Origin: Eledone cirrhosa
Lineage: Eukaryota
NCBI GenBank assembly: GCA_964016885.1
Contig: OZ024742.1
Location: 67,084,001 to 67,148,000, forward strand
Direction of reading: 5' to 3'
Length of the DNA: 64,000 bases
The notes beneath the pieces were generated by a model that saw nothing but the letters and a program-made list of their open reading frames with translations, ran no database searches and was not told where the DNA came from. The translations under genes and the position numbers were made by a program. This document shows, piece after piece, positions 23,458-37,298 of the stretch (positions within the stretch are counted from its first letter, which is position 1; each line of letters starts with the position of its first letter).

Positions 23458-25525
23458 CAATTGACGGAATCAAGGGTAATGATGTTACCAACTATAGACC
23501 TATCACATGTCTGTCCGTAATGTGGAAACTGTTGACAAGCATTATGTCTGAGGAAATCTACCATCACCTCCAGACAAACAACTTGTTACCGGACGAACAG
23601 AAATGATGCCGAATGAAGTCCCGTGGTACAAAGGACCAGTTACTTATTGATAAGATGGTAATGAGGAATTGCAAGAGGAGACACACTGGTCTTGCCATGG
23701 GATGGATAGACTACAACAAGGCATTTGACATGGTGCCTCATTCTTGGATCACCAAAAGCCTAGAGATCTTCAAGGTGGCAGATAACATCAGACAGTTGTT
23801 GGGCAAAAGTATGAAGTCCTGGAAAACAGAGTTAACATCAGCTGGAGAATCCTTGGGAAGCGTGAAGATCAAGAGAGGTATCTTCCAGGGAGATAGTCTG
23901 TCCCCTTTGTTGGTAGACCATGCCCTGATGCCCCTGACCATTATACTGCGAAAAGTGAGAGCAGGATACTAGTTGGGAAAGGGAGAGCTTACCATCAATC
24001 ACCTACTCTTCATGGACGATCTTAAGCTCTTCGGGAAGAGTGAGAAGGAGTTGGATGTATTTGTTGAAACTGTCCGTATTTTCAGCAATGATATATGTAT
24101 GCAATTTGGTATTAGTAAGTGTGGAGTCCTTGTGATGAAGAGGGGTAAATTGAGCAGAAGCAACGAAATCCAGGTACCAACAGGTGAGATGATAAAGGAA
24201 ATTGACACTGAAGAAGGATACAAGTATTTGGGTGTTCTGGAGGCTGATGACATCAAGAACAAAAAAATGAAGGAATTGATAAGATCTGAATACATTCGGA
24301 GAGTAAGGAGCGTATTAAAGTCACACCAGAACAGTAGGAATGCCATAAGTGCAGTAAATTCCCGAGCTGTGTCTATTATTAGGTACAGTGCGGAAATTCT
24401 GAGATGGAATGTTGCTGAACAAAAAGAAATGGATATGAAAACTAGGAAGCTATTCACTATCTACAACATGTTCCAAAAGTGGAGTGATGTCGATAGACTC
24501 TACTTAAGGAGATCTGAAGGTGGAAGAGGTCTTATCAGCATAGAGGACTGTGTTCAGATGGAGAAAAACAACCTATACAAATACGTGACCTATAGTAAGG
24601 AGCCAATGCTCAGAACTGTACTGAAGGAGGGGACAGTAGGCCAGGGGATGTCCAAGGAGGAAATAACATCAAGGAGGAAGAGCAGCCTTAAGGGAAAATC
24701 CCTTCATAGTACCTTCTTTGTGAAAACTGAATTCAGAGATCCACAGACATGGAACTGGTTGAAAAGAGGAGACCTTAAAAAGGCTACAGAAGGAATGCCA
24801 ATGGCTGCGCAAGAGCAGGCCCTCAAAACGAAGTGGTTGAAACACCATATTTACAAGGAGGAGGCTAGCCCACTGTTCAGGATCTGTGGAGAGAGAGAGG
24901 AGTATGTGGCTCACATTGTATCCGAGTGTAAACACCTAGCCCAGACTCATTATAAGCGCTGGAGACATGATGTGATGGGCAGGGTGACATACAGGCACCT
25001 ATGCAAAGTAAACAATTTACCACATTCTCAGAAGTGGGATGAGCATAATCCAGAGTCGGTGATAGAAAACGATCGGGTGAAGGTGCTGTGGGATTTTAGG
25101 ATACAGACGGACAATAAACTGGAACACAATAGATCTGACCTGGTTGTTTTGGACAAGGAAAAAAGATCGTGCCTGATTGTGGATGTGGCCTGCCCATTCG
25201 ACACGAGAGTGCAAGAGAAGGAGAAGGAGAAAATTAACCGATACCAGGACTTAAAGTGGGAGATAAACAGGATTTGGAACTGCCATGAAGTCAAAGTGGT
25301 CTCGATTGTCATAGGCGCACTAGGTACTATCTCAAAAAGTTTCCAGGGATGGTTAAAGAAAATTGGCCCCGCCATGCTTTTTGGAACGCTTCAAAAGGCA
25401 TGCTTGCTGGGAACAGCAAGAACCCTCCGATACGTCCTGAATATCTGAGGCTACAGGTAGTGGCTTGATATTCATTTCAACAAACTTTCCAGTTAACTAA
25501 CATCAATGACTGAAACTCAAAGAAC
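23458..25525 (+). mobile_element. R4/Dong family B, 5'-truncated, few stops
   Basis: ORFs 23613-23972 and 23973-25448: [28 protein letters not shown]; 3' UTR, then (TAA)n(GAA)n. Confidence 0.93.
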
Positions 25526-25609
<84 letters not shown>

Positions 25610-25630
25610 AAGAAGAAGAATAGTAATAAT

Positions 25631-26037
25631 GGCCAATAAATTAGAACACAATAGGCCTGACCTGGTGGCTTTGGAAAAGGAAAAATGATCTTGCCTGATT
25701 GTAGATATAGCCTGCCCATTTGACACGAGAAGGAGAGGGAGAAAATTAACCGATACCAGGACTTAAAGTGGGAGGTAAAAAGGATTTGGAACTGCCATAA
25801 AATCAAGATCGTCCCGATTGTCATAGGCGCACTAGGTACTATCTGAAAGAGTCTGCAAGGATGGTTAAAGAAGATTAGTCCAGCCCCGCTTTTTGGAACA
25901 CTTCAAAAGGCATGCTTGCTGGGAACAGCAAGAACCCTCCGATACGTCCTGAATATCTGAGGCTACAGGTAGTGGCTTGATATTCATTTCAACAAACTTT
26001 CCAGTTAACTAACATCAATGACTGAGACTCAAAAAAC
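25631..26037 (+). mobile_element. R4/Dong family B short 3' fragment
   Basis: HNRPDLV..DIACP region plus 3' UTR, then (TAA)n. Confidence 0.9.
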
Positions 26038-26042
26038 AATGG

Positions 26043-26124
<82 letters not shown>

Positions 26125-26869
26125 TTAATAATCCAATAACAATAATTTTTGAAATTCGTGCAAAGTAATATGGGTAGGGAACTGTCTATAAAACCAACCT
26201 CACTAACCTTTTTTTACTTATTTAAAACAACTGTGATAGAATAATTCTTATTACAAATGAAATATAATATTACAGTTTTGGCTCTCAGAAAGCGACAGCG
26301 CATCACATTACGGCATAGGGCCCCAATATTTAATATTTAATTTTGGATCAGAAATGTTATAGTCGAAAAAGAGAAAAATGGCTAAGTGGACAGACAGGCA
26401 AATAATTTCACCCCTAACACCACCACCGCCACCATCACCACTACCACACCAAAAACTCTAGTCAAGTTACCTCAACTTCTATTTCTACTTCAACTTCAAA
26501 ACCATCACTACAGTACTACGATCACATCACCACCACCACTGCCTCATTATCGCTACCGGCGCTATTCTCTCCCACTATCTCCTGCTAAGACAGGCATCGT
26601 AGTATTCCCACTAAATGAGGAAGGCATCAAAAGATATAAATAGACTGTTTTTGATGACCCGGTCAAAAAATCAAAAAGTCCAAAATCAAATCAAAACAAC
26701 ACAGCAGCAACGAAAAACGTAAAGAAAAAAGAAAAGAAAAACAAACAGATAGATAGATAAGAAAAAAAACTAAGTCAGACATTCAAACATTACATTACAA
26801 TGAAACTTATGCTTATTTTTTTTTTTGGGGGGGGGGGGGGGGTACCTATTTGTTTGTTTGTTTATTTAT

Positions 26870-29801
26870 GTTCGTCTACAGCGCCACGTAAAATTACCGG
26901 AGGTGATGAAATCACCGGTGGCTATGTAACCATACATTCACCAATCCTCGATAAGAGTGTTTAAATGTCGAACCTAACCAGTTCGAATAACAGTGAAGTG
27001 GAGACTGGAATATCATGTGACAGACTCTCACCCAGCAGGTGCTCTCTGGCTCAGCAGCAGGGACCTGGCTGTCAACCAAATACTCCTGGTGTCGGAGGAA
27101 GAAGAAGAGGAAAGGGACCAGAACCAACTGTCGAAAGAATTGAATAGAACTGTTATGCAATGTTGCCTGAAGAGTAACCCCAAGGAAAAAGGCTATAGGG
27201 AACGGATGCATAACATCTGGAACGAGATTGGTCTATTTAAATTAGATGAACAAAAAATGGCTGGGCAGGCTCTGGTAATAAGAACTAATGGGTGGATAAG
27301 CGAGCTGGAACTGGAGGAACTGAGCAGAGAGATTAGGTTGGAAATGGAGAGTGGAGTATGCCAGGCAATCGAGCCAGTGGGAAATGAAGGTGAAAAGGTT
27401 GAGAGAACGGAGGAACCATCCGAAGAAGACAATGATCTGAATGCTGAAATAAATAATACCTGGAAAAAAGATACGGCCATTGAGGAGATGAATGCTGACG
27501 GGCTATGACAAGATTTGGTTGATATCCTAAACTTAGTGGTAGATGAAATGAATAATGATAGTGGGAAACCTATGAACCTAAGATTTGTAGACAGGAAAAA
27601 GTTAAAAGAAACAAAGTCATCCCATACCTTGAGGCGAGGAGCCTTCACCAGTGCAACAATAGCCTCAAAGCAACAGCAAATGCGGTGATGAAATTACTTG
27701 GTATAAAAGCGAGAGGAAACAACAAACAGGAAAGATCAGAACCTTGGTGGAAGAAACGACTGAATGGTCAAATCAAGGAAATGAGAAATGACATTGGAAA
27801 GCTTGAGTCCCTACTAAATGGGACACTAAAAATGATAGACACTAAAAATAGACTGGAAATAAAGTACAAAACTAGGAGGAAAAAGCTAAATATTATCATA
27901 GAGGAACTGAAGCAACGCATTGTAGCAAAGAGTCAGTCAATATAGACAGAACCGAATGTTTGATAACAACAACAAGATGTTGTTTGGACAGCTTGAAGGG
28001 AAAGAAAGGGGCAACGACTTGATCCCTGAGGCGGAACAAACTAAGACATACTGGTGAGGAATATGGGAGCAGGATGTTAAACATAATAACCAGGCAGTGT
28101 GGATTGAGACAGTACAAAAGGAGATAAGTGAACAGGCACACCAACAAACAGATTTGAGTATCACAGTTGAAACTCTTAAGGGGCAGGCTAAAAAACTAAC
28201 CAACTGGAAATAACCAGGCCCAGATGGTTTGCAGGGGTTTTGGATTAAAAATATAACATCCCTCCACCCGAAACTGACAACCATGTTCAATGACTACTTG
28301 ATGTCAGGTGAGGTACCAGAGTGGTTGACAAAAGGTACACAGTTCTGGTAATGAAAGACCGAATCAAGAGTAATGATGTTACCAACTATAGACCTATCAC
28401 ATGTCTGTTCGTAATGCGGAAACTGTTGACAAGCATTGTGTCTGACGAAATCTACCTTCACCTCCACACAGACATATTGTTACCGGACGAACAGAAATGA
28501 TGCCGAAAGAAGTCCCGTGGTACAAAGAACCAGTTACTTATTGATAAGATGGTAATGAGGAATTACAGGAGGAGACACACTGGTCTTGCCATGGGATGGA
28601 TAGACTACAAAAAGACATTCGACATGGTGCTTCATTCTTGGATAAGCAAAAGCCTAGAGATCTTCAAGGTGGCAGATAACATCAGAGAATTGTTGAGGAA
28701 AAGTATGAAGTCCTAGAAAACAGAGTTAACATCGGGCGGAGAATCCTTGGGAGGTGTGAAGATCAAGTGAAGTATCTTTCAGGGAGATAGTTTTCTCTGT
28801 TTTTTTTCCTTGCCCTGATCACCCTGACCATTATACTGCGAAAAGTGTGAGCAGGATACAAGTTGGGAATGGGAGAGCTTACCATCAATCACCTACTCTT
28901 CATGGACGATCTTAATCTCTTCGGAAAGAGTGAGGAGTTGGATGTGCTTATTGACACTGTCCATATTTTCAGCAATGATATATGTATACAATTTGGTATT
29001 AGTAAGTGTGGAGTACTTGTTATGAAGAGGGGTTAACTGAGCAGAAGCAACGGAATCTAGGTACCAACAGATGAGATGATAAAGGAAATTGAGACTGAAG
29101 AAGCATACAAATATTTAGGTGTTCTGGAGGCTGATAACATCAAGAACAAAAAAAATGAAGGAATTGATAAAATCTGAAAACATTCGGAGAATAAGGAGCG
29201 TATTAAAGTCACATCAAGTGCAGTAAATTCCCGAGCAGTGTCTATTATTACGTACAGTGCGGGAATTCTGAGATGGAATGTTGCTGAACAAAAAGAAATG
29301 GATAGGAAACTAGGAAGCTATTGACTATCTACAACGTGTTCCACAAGAGGAGTGAAGGTGCTGTGGGTTTTAAGGATACAGACGGACAAGAATCTGGAAA
29401 ACAATAGCCCTGACCTGGTGGTTTTGGACAAGGAAAAAAGATCGTGCCTGATTGTAGATGTAGCCTGTCCATTCCACACGAGAGTACAAGAGAAGGTGAG
29501 GGAGAAAATTAATCGATACCAGGACTTAAAGTGGGTGGTAAAAAGGATTTGGAACTGCCATGAGGTCAAAGTGGTCCCGATTGTCATAGGCGCACTAGGT
29601 ACTATCTCAAAGAGTTTCCAAGGATAGTTAAAGAAAATTAGTCCAGCCCCGCTTTTTGGAACAGTTCAAAAGGCATGCTTGCTGGGAATAGCAAGAACCC
29701 TCCGATACGTCCTGGATATCTAAGGCTGCGGGTAGTGGCTCTATATTCATTTCAACAAACTTTCCAGTTAAAATAACATCAATGACTGAAACTCAAAGAA
29801 C
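26870..29801 (+). mobile_element. R4/Dong family B, near full-length 5' end, decayed, internal deletion
   Basis: R4-type N-terminus (ELNRTVMQC..GYRERMHNIW..EQKM), PWWKKRL, RT motifs with many stops. About 0.6 kb is missing at 29352-29355 relative to the 23458 copy, at a GTGA microhomology. Confidence 0.9.
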
Positions 29802-29879
<78 letters not shown>

Positions 29880-29909
29880 AAGAAGAAGAAGAAGAATAAT
29901 AGTAATAAT

Positions 29910-30316
29910 GGCCAATAAATTAGAACACAATAGGCCTGACCTGGTGGCTTTGGAAAAGGAAAAATGATCTTGCCTGATTGTAGATATAGCCTGCCCATTT
30001 GACACGAGAAGGAGAGGGAGAAAATTAACCGATACCAGGACTTAAAGTGGGAGGTAAAAAGGATTTGGAACTGCCATAAAATCAAGATCGTCCCGATTGT
30101 CATAGGCGCACTAGGTACTATCTGAAAGAGTCTGCAAGGATGGTTAAAGAAGATTAGTCCAGCCCCGCTTTTTGGAACACTTCAAAAGGCATGCTTGCTG
30201 GGAACAGCAAGAACCCTCCGGTACGTCCTGAATATCTGAGGCTGCAGGTAGCGGCTTGATATTCATTTCAACAAACTTTCCAGTTAAATAACATGAATGA
30301 CTGAGGCACAAATAAC
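29910..30316 (+). mobile_element. R4/Dong family B short 3' fragment
   Basis: Coding part essentially identical to 25631-25941. Confidence 0.9.
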
Positions 30317-30331
30317 AATAATAATAATAAT

Positions 30332-30518
30332 TGTTTCTACTTTTGGCACAAGGCCAGCAATTATCCAATGCATTACTGGTACTTTATTCTATCGACACCG
30401 GAAGGATGAAAGGCAAAGTTAACCTCGGCGGGATTTGAACTGAGATCATACAGGGAGGTAACTCTATGCTTCAAAGCATGGCATCTGACCCTCTACCGAT
30501 ACTGCCAATCCACCGCCT
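30332..30518 (-). mobile_element. tRNA-derived SINE with Nin-type core
   Basis: A box TGGCAGTATCGG, B box AGTTCAAATCCC, core GCCGAGGTTAACTTTGCCTTTCATCCTT, tail TGGCCTTGTGCCAAAAGTAGAAACA; (ATT)n on both sides. Confidence 0.9.
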
Positions 30519-30537
30519 TAATAATAATAATAATAAT

Positions 30538-30729
30538 TGTTTCTACTTTTGGCACAAGGCCATCAATTATTCCAGTGCATTACTGGTACTTTATTTTATC
30601 GACCCCGTAAGGATGAAAGGCAAAGTTAACCTCGGCGGAATTTGAACTCAAACCGTAAAGGGACGTAACTATGATGGAAAGCATGGCGTCCGACTCTCTA
30701 CTGATACTTCCAATCCACCACCCACTGCC
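30538..30729 (-). mobile_element. second tandem SINE copy
   Basis: Same head, core and tail; flanked by ATT repeats. Confidence 0.9.
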
Positions 30730-30739
30730 AAATAATAAT

Positions 30740-33700
30740 GATTTTAATTATTGGTCACAAGGGCCGACATATAAGGGACAATACAAAAGACTGTGACAGT
30801 AGGGATTTACATATACAACGTGTAAACAATGATAACAATAACAAATTAACAAGAAAAATACAACAGGAAAAATTCCCCAATAGGGGCGATGACCACCCAG
30901 GGTTCACTCAGGTACCCCACCGAACCTGAACGACTCGACGCTTCGAGAGCACCCGGGAAGGGCACCCCTCCTCAAATTTAGCCACCTACAGGCGCATAAT
31001 CAGAATTGGCCCACTCAGACGGTCCAATCTCGCCACATTCACCCACCTTTCAGCAAATGTACTGGGGGGCAGCACTTCTCTCTCCACCCTCACCTTCCTT
31101 TCCAAGTGAAACTTCAAAAAGTTGATGAGGAATTGGCCGTAGAGAAAAGAATCTGTCTTCAGTCCTTTCAACATAGTCCACCATACAACCTCTTTCGCTA
31201 CTGCCACCAGACACAGGAAAAATGCCTGCTCTTCCTGGACAAAAGAAGGCGGCGGGCCGACCTTCACTATGGACTCGGCCAATAGCAGGATCCGTTATAC
31301 ACGCGACAACAGCTGTTCGACATAACTCCACAAGTCAGTAATGCACTGACACTGGATGAGTGCGTGCAGAACGGATTCGTCGCTCTGCTCTTGAGCAGGT
31401 CATTCTGACAGCACTTCCGTGCGTGTAGAGTTTATCTCGAACCGGTAGTGCACCCCGGTATCACTGCCAAGCGAGGAATTTTTAGAAATTACCCATCGTC
31501 CCCGGCTCAAAAGTCCTCCGAAAGAGACTGCTTAGTTCGACTTCGTCGATGCCCGGAGCGTCTCCGAGTGCGTGTTCGCACTTGCTCACCACTAGTCCTC
31601 TATAGAAGACGAGAGTGGAAGTTCCACTGACCGCATTGCCCGCCTGGTAGAAGGCAGTGAGTGCTTGCAACATTCCAGATACCAGTCACCCAGTTTCTGT
31701 CTGTTCTTGACCCAGGACTGCAGCTCAGTCAATGAGACGAGCTGCGGAAAGGCCTGTCTGACAAACGGCGACCACACTTGTTCACCGTTTAGGCAGAATA
31801 TCTGGAGTTGCCGCAGCCTCAGGGCGTGTTTGCGCATCATTACCACGGCATGCCCAGCCTTCCGCCTAGAGGGTTCTGGCAGCATATGGACTGCCTCCCC
31901 AACGGAACCTGATACCTCCACAAGAATTTGAAGTTGAGCCGTTCCAAGTTGGCGAGGCGCAAACGGGGACAAGGGACGACGGTCAGGAGGTAGTAGATGA
32001 CGGACGCGATGTATGCGTTCGGTACCTCCGCCTGAGCTTTCAGTGATAGCTTCCTCGCAGTCCATTTCTGGGTGAGACTGGCTACCCAGCCCGTCACCCC
32101 GTCCCTATCATCATCCACCTGGCCCTAACCAAACCCCGATCTACTTTACCGGTCCGTCCATTCAGCGCCCAACGACGCTGTTGGATTGGCATGGACTAGC
32201 CTCTCCATGTGCCGATATGCAAGCCCACCGACTTTTCTGGGTTAAGTTTTTTTCCCGTGAATCTTTCATATTCCTCCAATAAGTAGCCGACCACCTCGAT
32301 TTCTGAGGTGTCCGACACCATCACGGTGATGTGGTCTGCATAAGCCGACACGGCCTTTCTGCTTCCTGGCTTGAACGTGATGCCCTGCAACAGCTCCATC
32401 TTCCGCAGTAAAGGCTCGAAAGTCAATACGTTCAGAAGGGAGGAGAAAGGGTACCCTTGACGGACCGATCGGGAGATCTGAAACGGTTCCGAGAGGTGGA
32501 AATTAACTTTGACCACCGAGCACATGCGGCTGTGCATTGCACTGATCAAGCTTCTGAAGACTGGGCCGAAGCCAGCTGCCTTGAGGACAGCTTCCAGGTA
32601 CCGATGGTCGACCCTATAGAATGCTTTCGATTGATCTAAATTGATAAAAGCCCCACGGAAGCCAGGTTTACACCCTACTCTCTTTATGATGTACCACATG
32701 AGTTGTAGGTTGTCGTGTATGGACCTGGTTGGTATTGCTTAAGTTTGCACCTCTCTAACCAAAACCTCTACATGTGCCCACCTCTTCGCTAGCACCTTGG
32801 CCAAAATCTTAAACTCTTTGTTGAGCAGAGTTATGGGCCCGAAATTGTCTAATGTGTCCCTCTTTTTCTCGTATTTCCTTATCAGCGTCACTACGCCCCG
32901 GCTAACAGAACTGGGAATACTACTGTTCTGCTGCCAGTTGCAGTAGAGCGCTTCGACGAGATCGGAGAACAAGTCTGGCATATTTACGTAAAGCTCGCAG
33001 GGCAGACCATCCAAACCGGGGGACTTGCGCCTAATGCAGCCGACAAGGCCATCCTGAATCTCGAATGAAGTAATCGACCTTTCGCAGCGCTCAGCGTCGG
33101 CCGTTGAGAGTTGCGGTAAGCCATCCAGGTAGGGACTGATTTCCGCCACCTTCTCTGACCCGCCACTTCCCCGAACAACCGGCCAAAATGTTGGCGAAAG
33201 GCTTCACACATCTGCTTGGAAGCATTCAGCTCGTGTCCGTCTCGGTCCGTCAAAGACCGAGTCGTGGTTTTATTACCACGCTGCGCCTCTGCCACGCGGG
33301 CCCATTGAACGGCTTTGGTTCCCTCGTTTCTCAGAGCACGCGCCTTAGCTCTGACAGTGCAACCTTTGTGTTTCGCATTGAAGAAATGATCTAATGCCAT
33401 TCTCGCCGCTAGCACGCCAGTTGTAATGCCACTAACAATAGCCTCGTCTAACTTATCTACCAAATCCCCCTCCTTTCTATTTTTCTCTAACGCTACTTCT
33501 TTGCTAAACTCTATTAACATTACTCTAAGCTCTCTTTTGAGAGCCCCCCACCATCTATTGTTGACGACTCCCACAGTCAACTTTTTCTTAACTAAGTTTT
33601 AAAACGTGGACAGATTACACTATTTCTGTCTATTTTCCTAACCAATATCCTGTCTATATACAATCTAGATGATCATATGCGGTTGGTCCAGGTCGACACT

Positions 33701-36562
33701 GGCTCATTAGGGAAATCTGGTCGGTACCTGTCAGAAAGTTGGAACTGGCTGATCAGGTACTTGAGGCTTTTGCCCCCCCCCCCCTCGCTCCTAACAGATA
33801 CTCCCACACAGTCCCAGCGAGCATCTAAGATGCCGTTCCAGTCCCCCGCTAGCAGTAAAGGGCGAGACGTATCCAGAAAGGCTTCGAGGCGTCTAACGAA
33901 GTTCGACCGTCCTGCCCCAGTAGAGGCGCAGACGGCCACCAGTCTAAAGGCACCACCTTCATTACTGTTCACGTTCAGGACCACCAACTTACCGTCCGGG
34001 TCCCGGTAGATCGACCTTACCTCGAAATCCAGTCCTTTCCGAAACTGCACTGCCACCCCACCTCCCATTCCCGGCCGACTAACAGATGCAAAGATCTGAT
34101 AGTCGTCGAAGATGTCGGAAATCCTAGTGCGCACGTGTCGGAAATCCTGGTTTCACTGACGGCAATTACATCCATTTCTAGAGACATTAGGTCCTTGAGC
34201 AGGGGACCATGCTTCCAGGACTATCCCAGGCCTCGAACATTTAAACTTCCTTTTTTAATACAGCCATGTTGGCAAGAGGAAAGGTTTACTTACCTTTCCG
34301 GCTCTTGTGAAGTCGGGTGGTTCGACCTCCATAGTTGGTGGGGTTTCTTTTGGGAACCCCTTTAAAAGTTTTGAAGTGGGAATATGTTCGGGTTTCCCAC
34401 GTTCCGAGGAAAGCTGTCTCGTATCTCTTTGTATAAATCGAGCGACATTCGCACCAGAAACAAATCTTTCGGCACGCGAAATGTGCTCAAGTTAAAAATG
34501 TCCCCCTCTTTTTGTATATATTAATTTCGTGCTACGAGGGCCATCAGTTTCTTGTTGGTCCTCCTGACGAGCACGAAGTTTTTTGGTTTTGTTGGTGTGA
34601 TTTTATTTATTTGCGTGGCTTGGTGGTGATGGTTTTGATGGTGCTGTTTCGGTTGTGTCTGTGTTTGTTGCGAGTGCGGTGCCTGTGGTTTCAGATGTTT
34701 GTGTGTGTATTTGTTCTTGCGTCTGTTTAGGTTGTTTGCGTTTGGGGGATTCTGGTGATGGTGATGGTGATGGTGATGGTGGTATTGTTGGGGCGATGTT
34801 TGCGTGGGCGGTGTCTGCATTTTTTATTGTGTGTGTTTTTGTGAACACAAAAAACAAAAACCTCAACGGGTTTTTTTTTTGTGTTTCCTTTTTTGTATTT
34901 TTGGGGATGTTGTTTTTCCTCCTCTTCACTACTGGTAGATGAGGGGTCTGTGTCTGTAAGCGTGTATGTGCGTGTATTTACGTTTTTTTATGTGTGTATT
35001 TGTGGGGAAGGGGATTTGCCAACTTTCCTCGTTTCCTCCCTGGGTGGTCAATGTTGGTGGTGGTCTTTCTATTGGTGTTGTTGCTGGTGGTTTTGCCGGA
35101 GCTGGTGTTGGTTCTGGTCCTCGCCCCTGCTTCGGCAGCAGTGGAGCCCTTCGACCCCTTGCATCTTTCAGCAGTTGAGGGCAGAAGGCTCGCAAAGGAA
35201 ACATTCGGCAGAAGGCTCGCAAAGGAAACATTCGGCCTCTTGCCCTCAGTCATAATTTGAATGACCGTCCCATTTTGAATGACGAATGTGGTCCGGGATT
35301 GTTTTGACATTCTCCGGCCTGATCTGGAGAAGTATCTTCAGGTCAACCCCCGACCAGTCCTCTCTGGGAGTTATTGTTACTTCTATCGGGACGGTATCTC
35401 AGAAGTCACCACATGTTAAGTCCTTGTGGGATTCTGGGAAGGCGAAGACGGGCCGTTCTTTTTCTCATGGGTACATTATGACCTTGCTGGTTTGCAAGGT
35501 GTAAAAGCATGTTTCATACCGAGGGCTTCTTACTTAAACAACACCAAAATGGTGCTGCATTGTCTGCCCCTCGCTATGTATTCGGTGTCATCCCTGGTGC
35601 ACTTCAGCGCGACCTCGACATCTGCTTGTGGAATTAAATCTGCTCTCTTGGTTTCTGCCGAGATGCATCTGTAATGCACCGTTCTGCGCTCCACTGCTAC
35701 AATAGCTTCTACCGGGACAGTTAAGGTGGCCTAGGTTTGCTCTTGCTTGATGAGCTTTCAGGCCTGGGCCAACTTTTCATCTTTGTTCGAGAGGATGCTT
35801 TTTGGCTGCTGCCGCAGTGAAAGTGTTCTTCTATTTGTCGTTGGTCATATGGTTGTTGTTGTCGTTGTTCTTGTTGGTGTTGTTGCTGTTATCACTGCCG
35901 CCGTTGTTGTTGTTTTCAGTGCAGTTGGTATTGTTGCTGTTGGTGCTGTCGCTGTTTATGTTCTGGTTAGTGGCGTTAATTTCGTTGTTGTTTTCGTTGA
36001 TATTGTTACTGCTGCCTTTGTTATTGTTGTTGTTGCTGTTGTTGTGGTTGTCACTGTTGTTGATATTGTTGTCACTGTTTCTGTTGTTGGTGTTGCTGTC
36101 ATTATTGCAGTTGTTGTTGGTTTTGTTGTCGTTGTTGCTGGTGATGTTGTCGTTCTTGTTCATGACTGTTTTTCTTTATTGTTTTTGGTAATCGCTGCTG
36201 TTGTCATTTTTGTTCTCACTGTTGTTGCCTGATGTGTTGTTACATTTTAAAATTGTTGCGGGAGGGGCAGCGTTATTAATATCAAAGTTTGACTCGCTGT
36301 CGCAAAACAGCAAAGTCAAAGTTGGGGGGGCGTGCCTCCGCCACGGTTTTTAATTTTTTTTTATAAAAATTTTCTTTTAAACATACAAAGTTTAAATATT
36401 TGGGCCAAATGGCCCAAATATTTTGGGGAGTCCTTTCTTGGGGCAAAGACTAAATTCTTATTTCCCGTTTGAAACAAATATATTAATGACAAACGTATTT
36501 CAAACCGTCGAACAAAACAAACTTACGATCTCACGATAGTACGTCCATTCACTTCAACGACC
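30740..36562 (-). mobile_element. second Tx1-clade LINE family, full span but decayed
   Basis: ORF2 pieces 30986-34267 homologous to the intact ORF2 (GDWNGILDARWDC, KSPGLDG, DQSKAF, AYADH). ORF1 pieces with N-rich tract and EGKRP-CFLC (27-bp tandem duplication). Both ends abut (ATT)n. Confidence 0.9.
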
Positions 36563-37196
36563 AATAATAATAATAAGGATGAGGATGATGATGATGATGA
36601 TATCGGCGTTGATGCCGATAATGATCATCATAATATTCCACTTCTTAATGAGGTTTCTGGAGAAATAATGAAGAAATATCTAATTATGGAGAAATTCCTT
36701 CCATTCATTGCGATACGTTTTTCGGGAACATACAACTCTCCACTCACCGAAGAATGATTCTTATTTCTTATTTGTCAGATCGATATTTTGTTAGGAAGAT
36801 GTATGAATGAAATGTGTTACAGGGCTTCTGACTATGAGACTTTAGCGGCTGTTTGGGCGGATAACTGTGTGTGTGTATTTAAAAAAATGTAAATATCTAG
36901 GTCTATAGGTGAGTATGTGTCCTGTAAGATATGTAGACATATACTGGTATGTGTTTGTGAGTGTATTTATACAAGTGCATACACAAATGAGGTGTATGTA
37001 TATGCATATGTTTTTCATATGCATGTATATATGGATACGAAGAATGTATACATATGCTTAAAACTAATATAGTAATGCCATTGTATGTATACACACAAGT
37101 ACGCACACACACGCACATATATATACATATGTATATATATGTATATATATATGTATATATATATGTGTGTGTGTGTATGTGTATATATATATATAT

Positions 37197-37239
<43 letters not shown>

Positions 37240-37298
37240 TACACATATATATATTTATACAATGATATTAAATAAATGAAAACTATATAAACCATATT

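Noticed and set aside
30332-30729. tRNA genes
   Set aside because: A/B boxes belong to SINE heads; no cloverleaf
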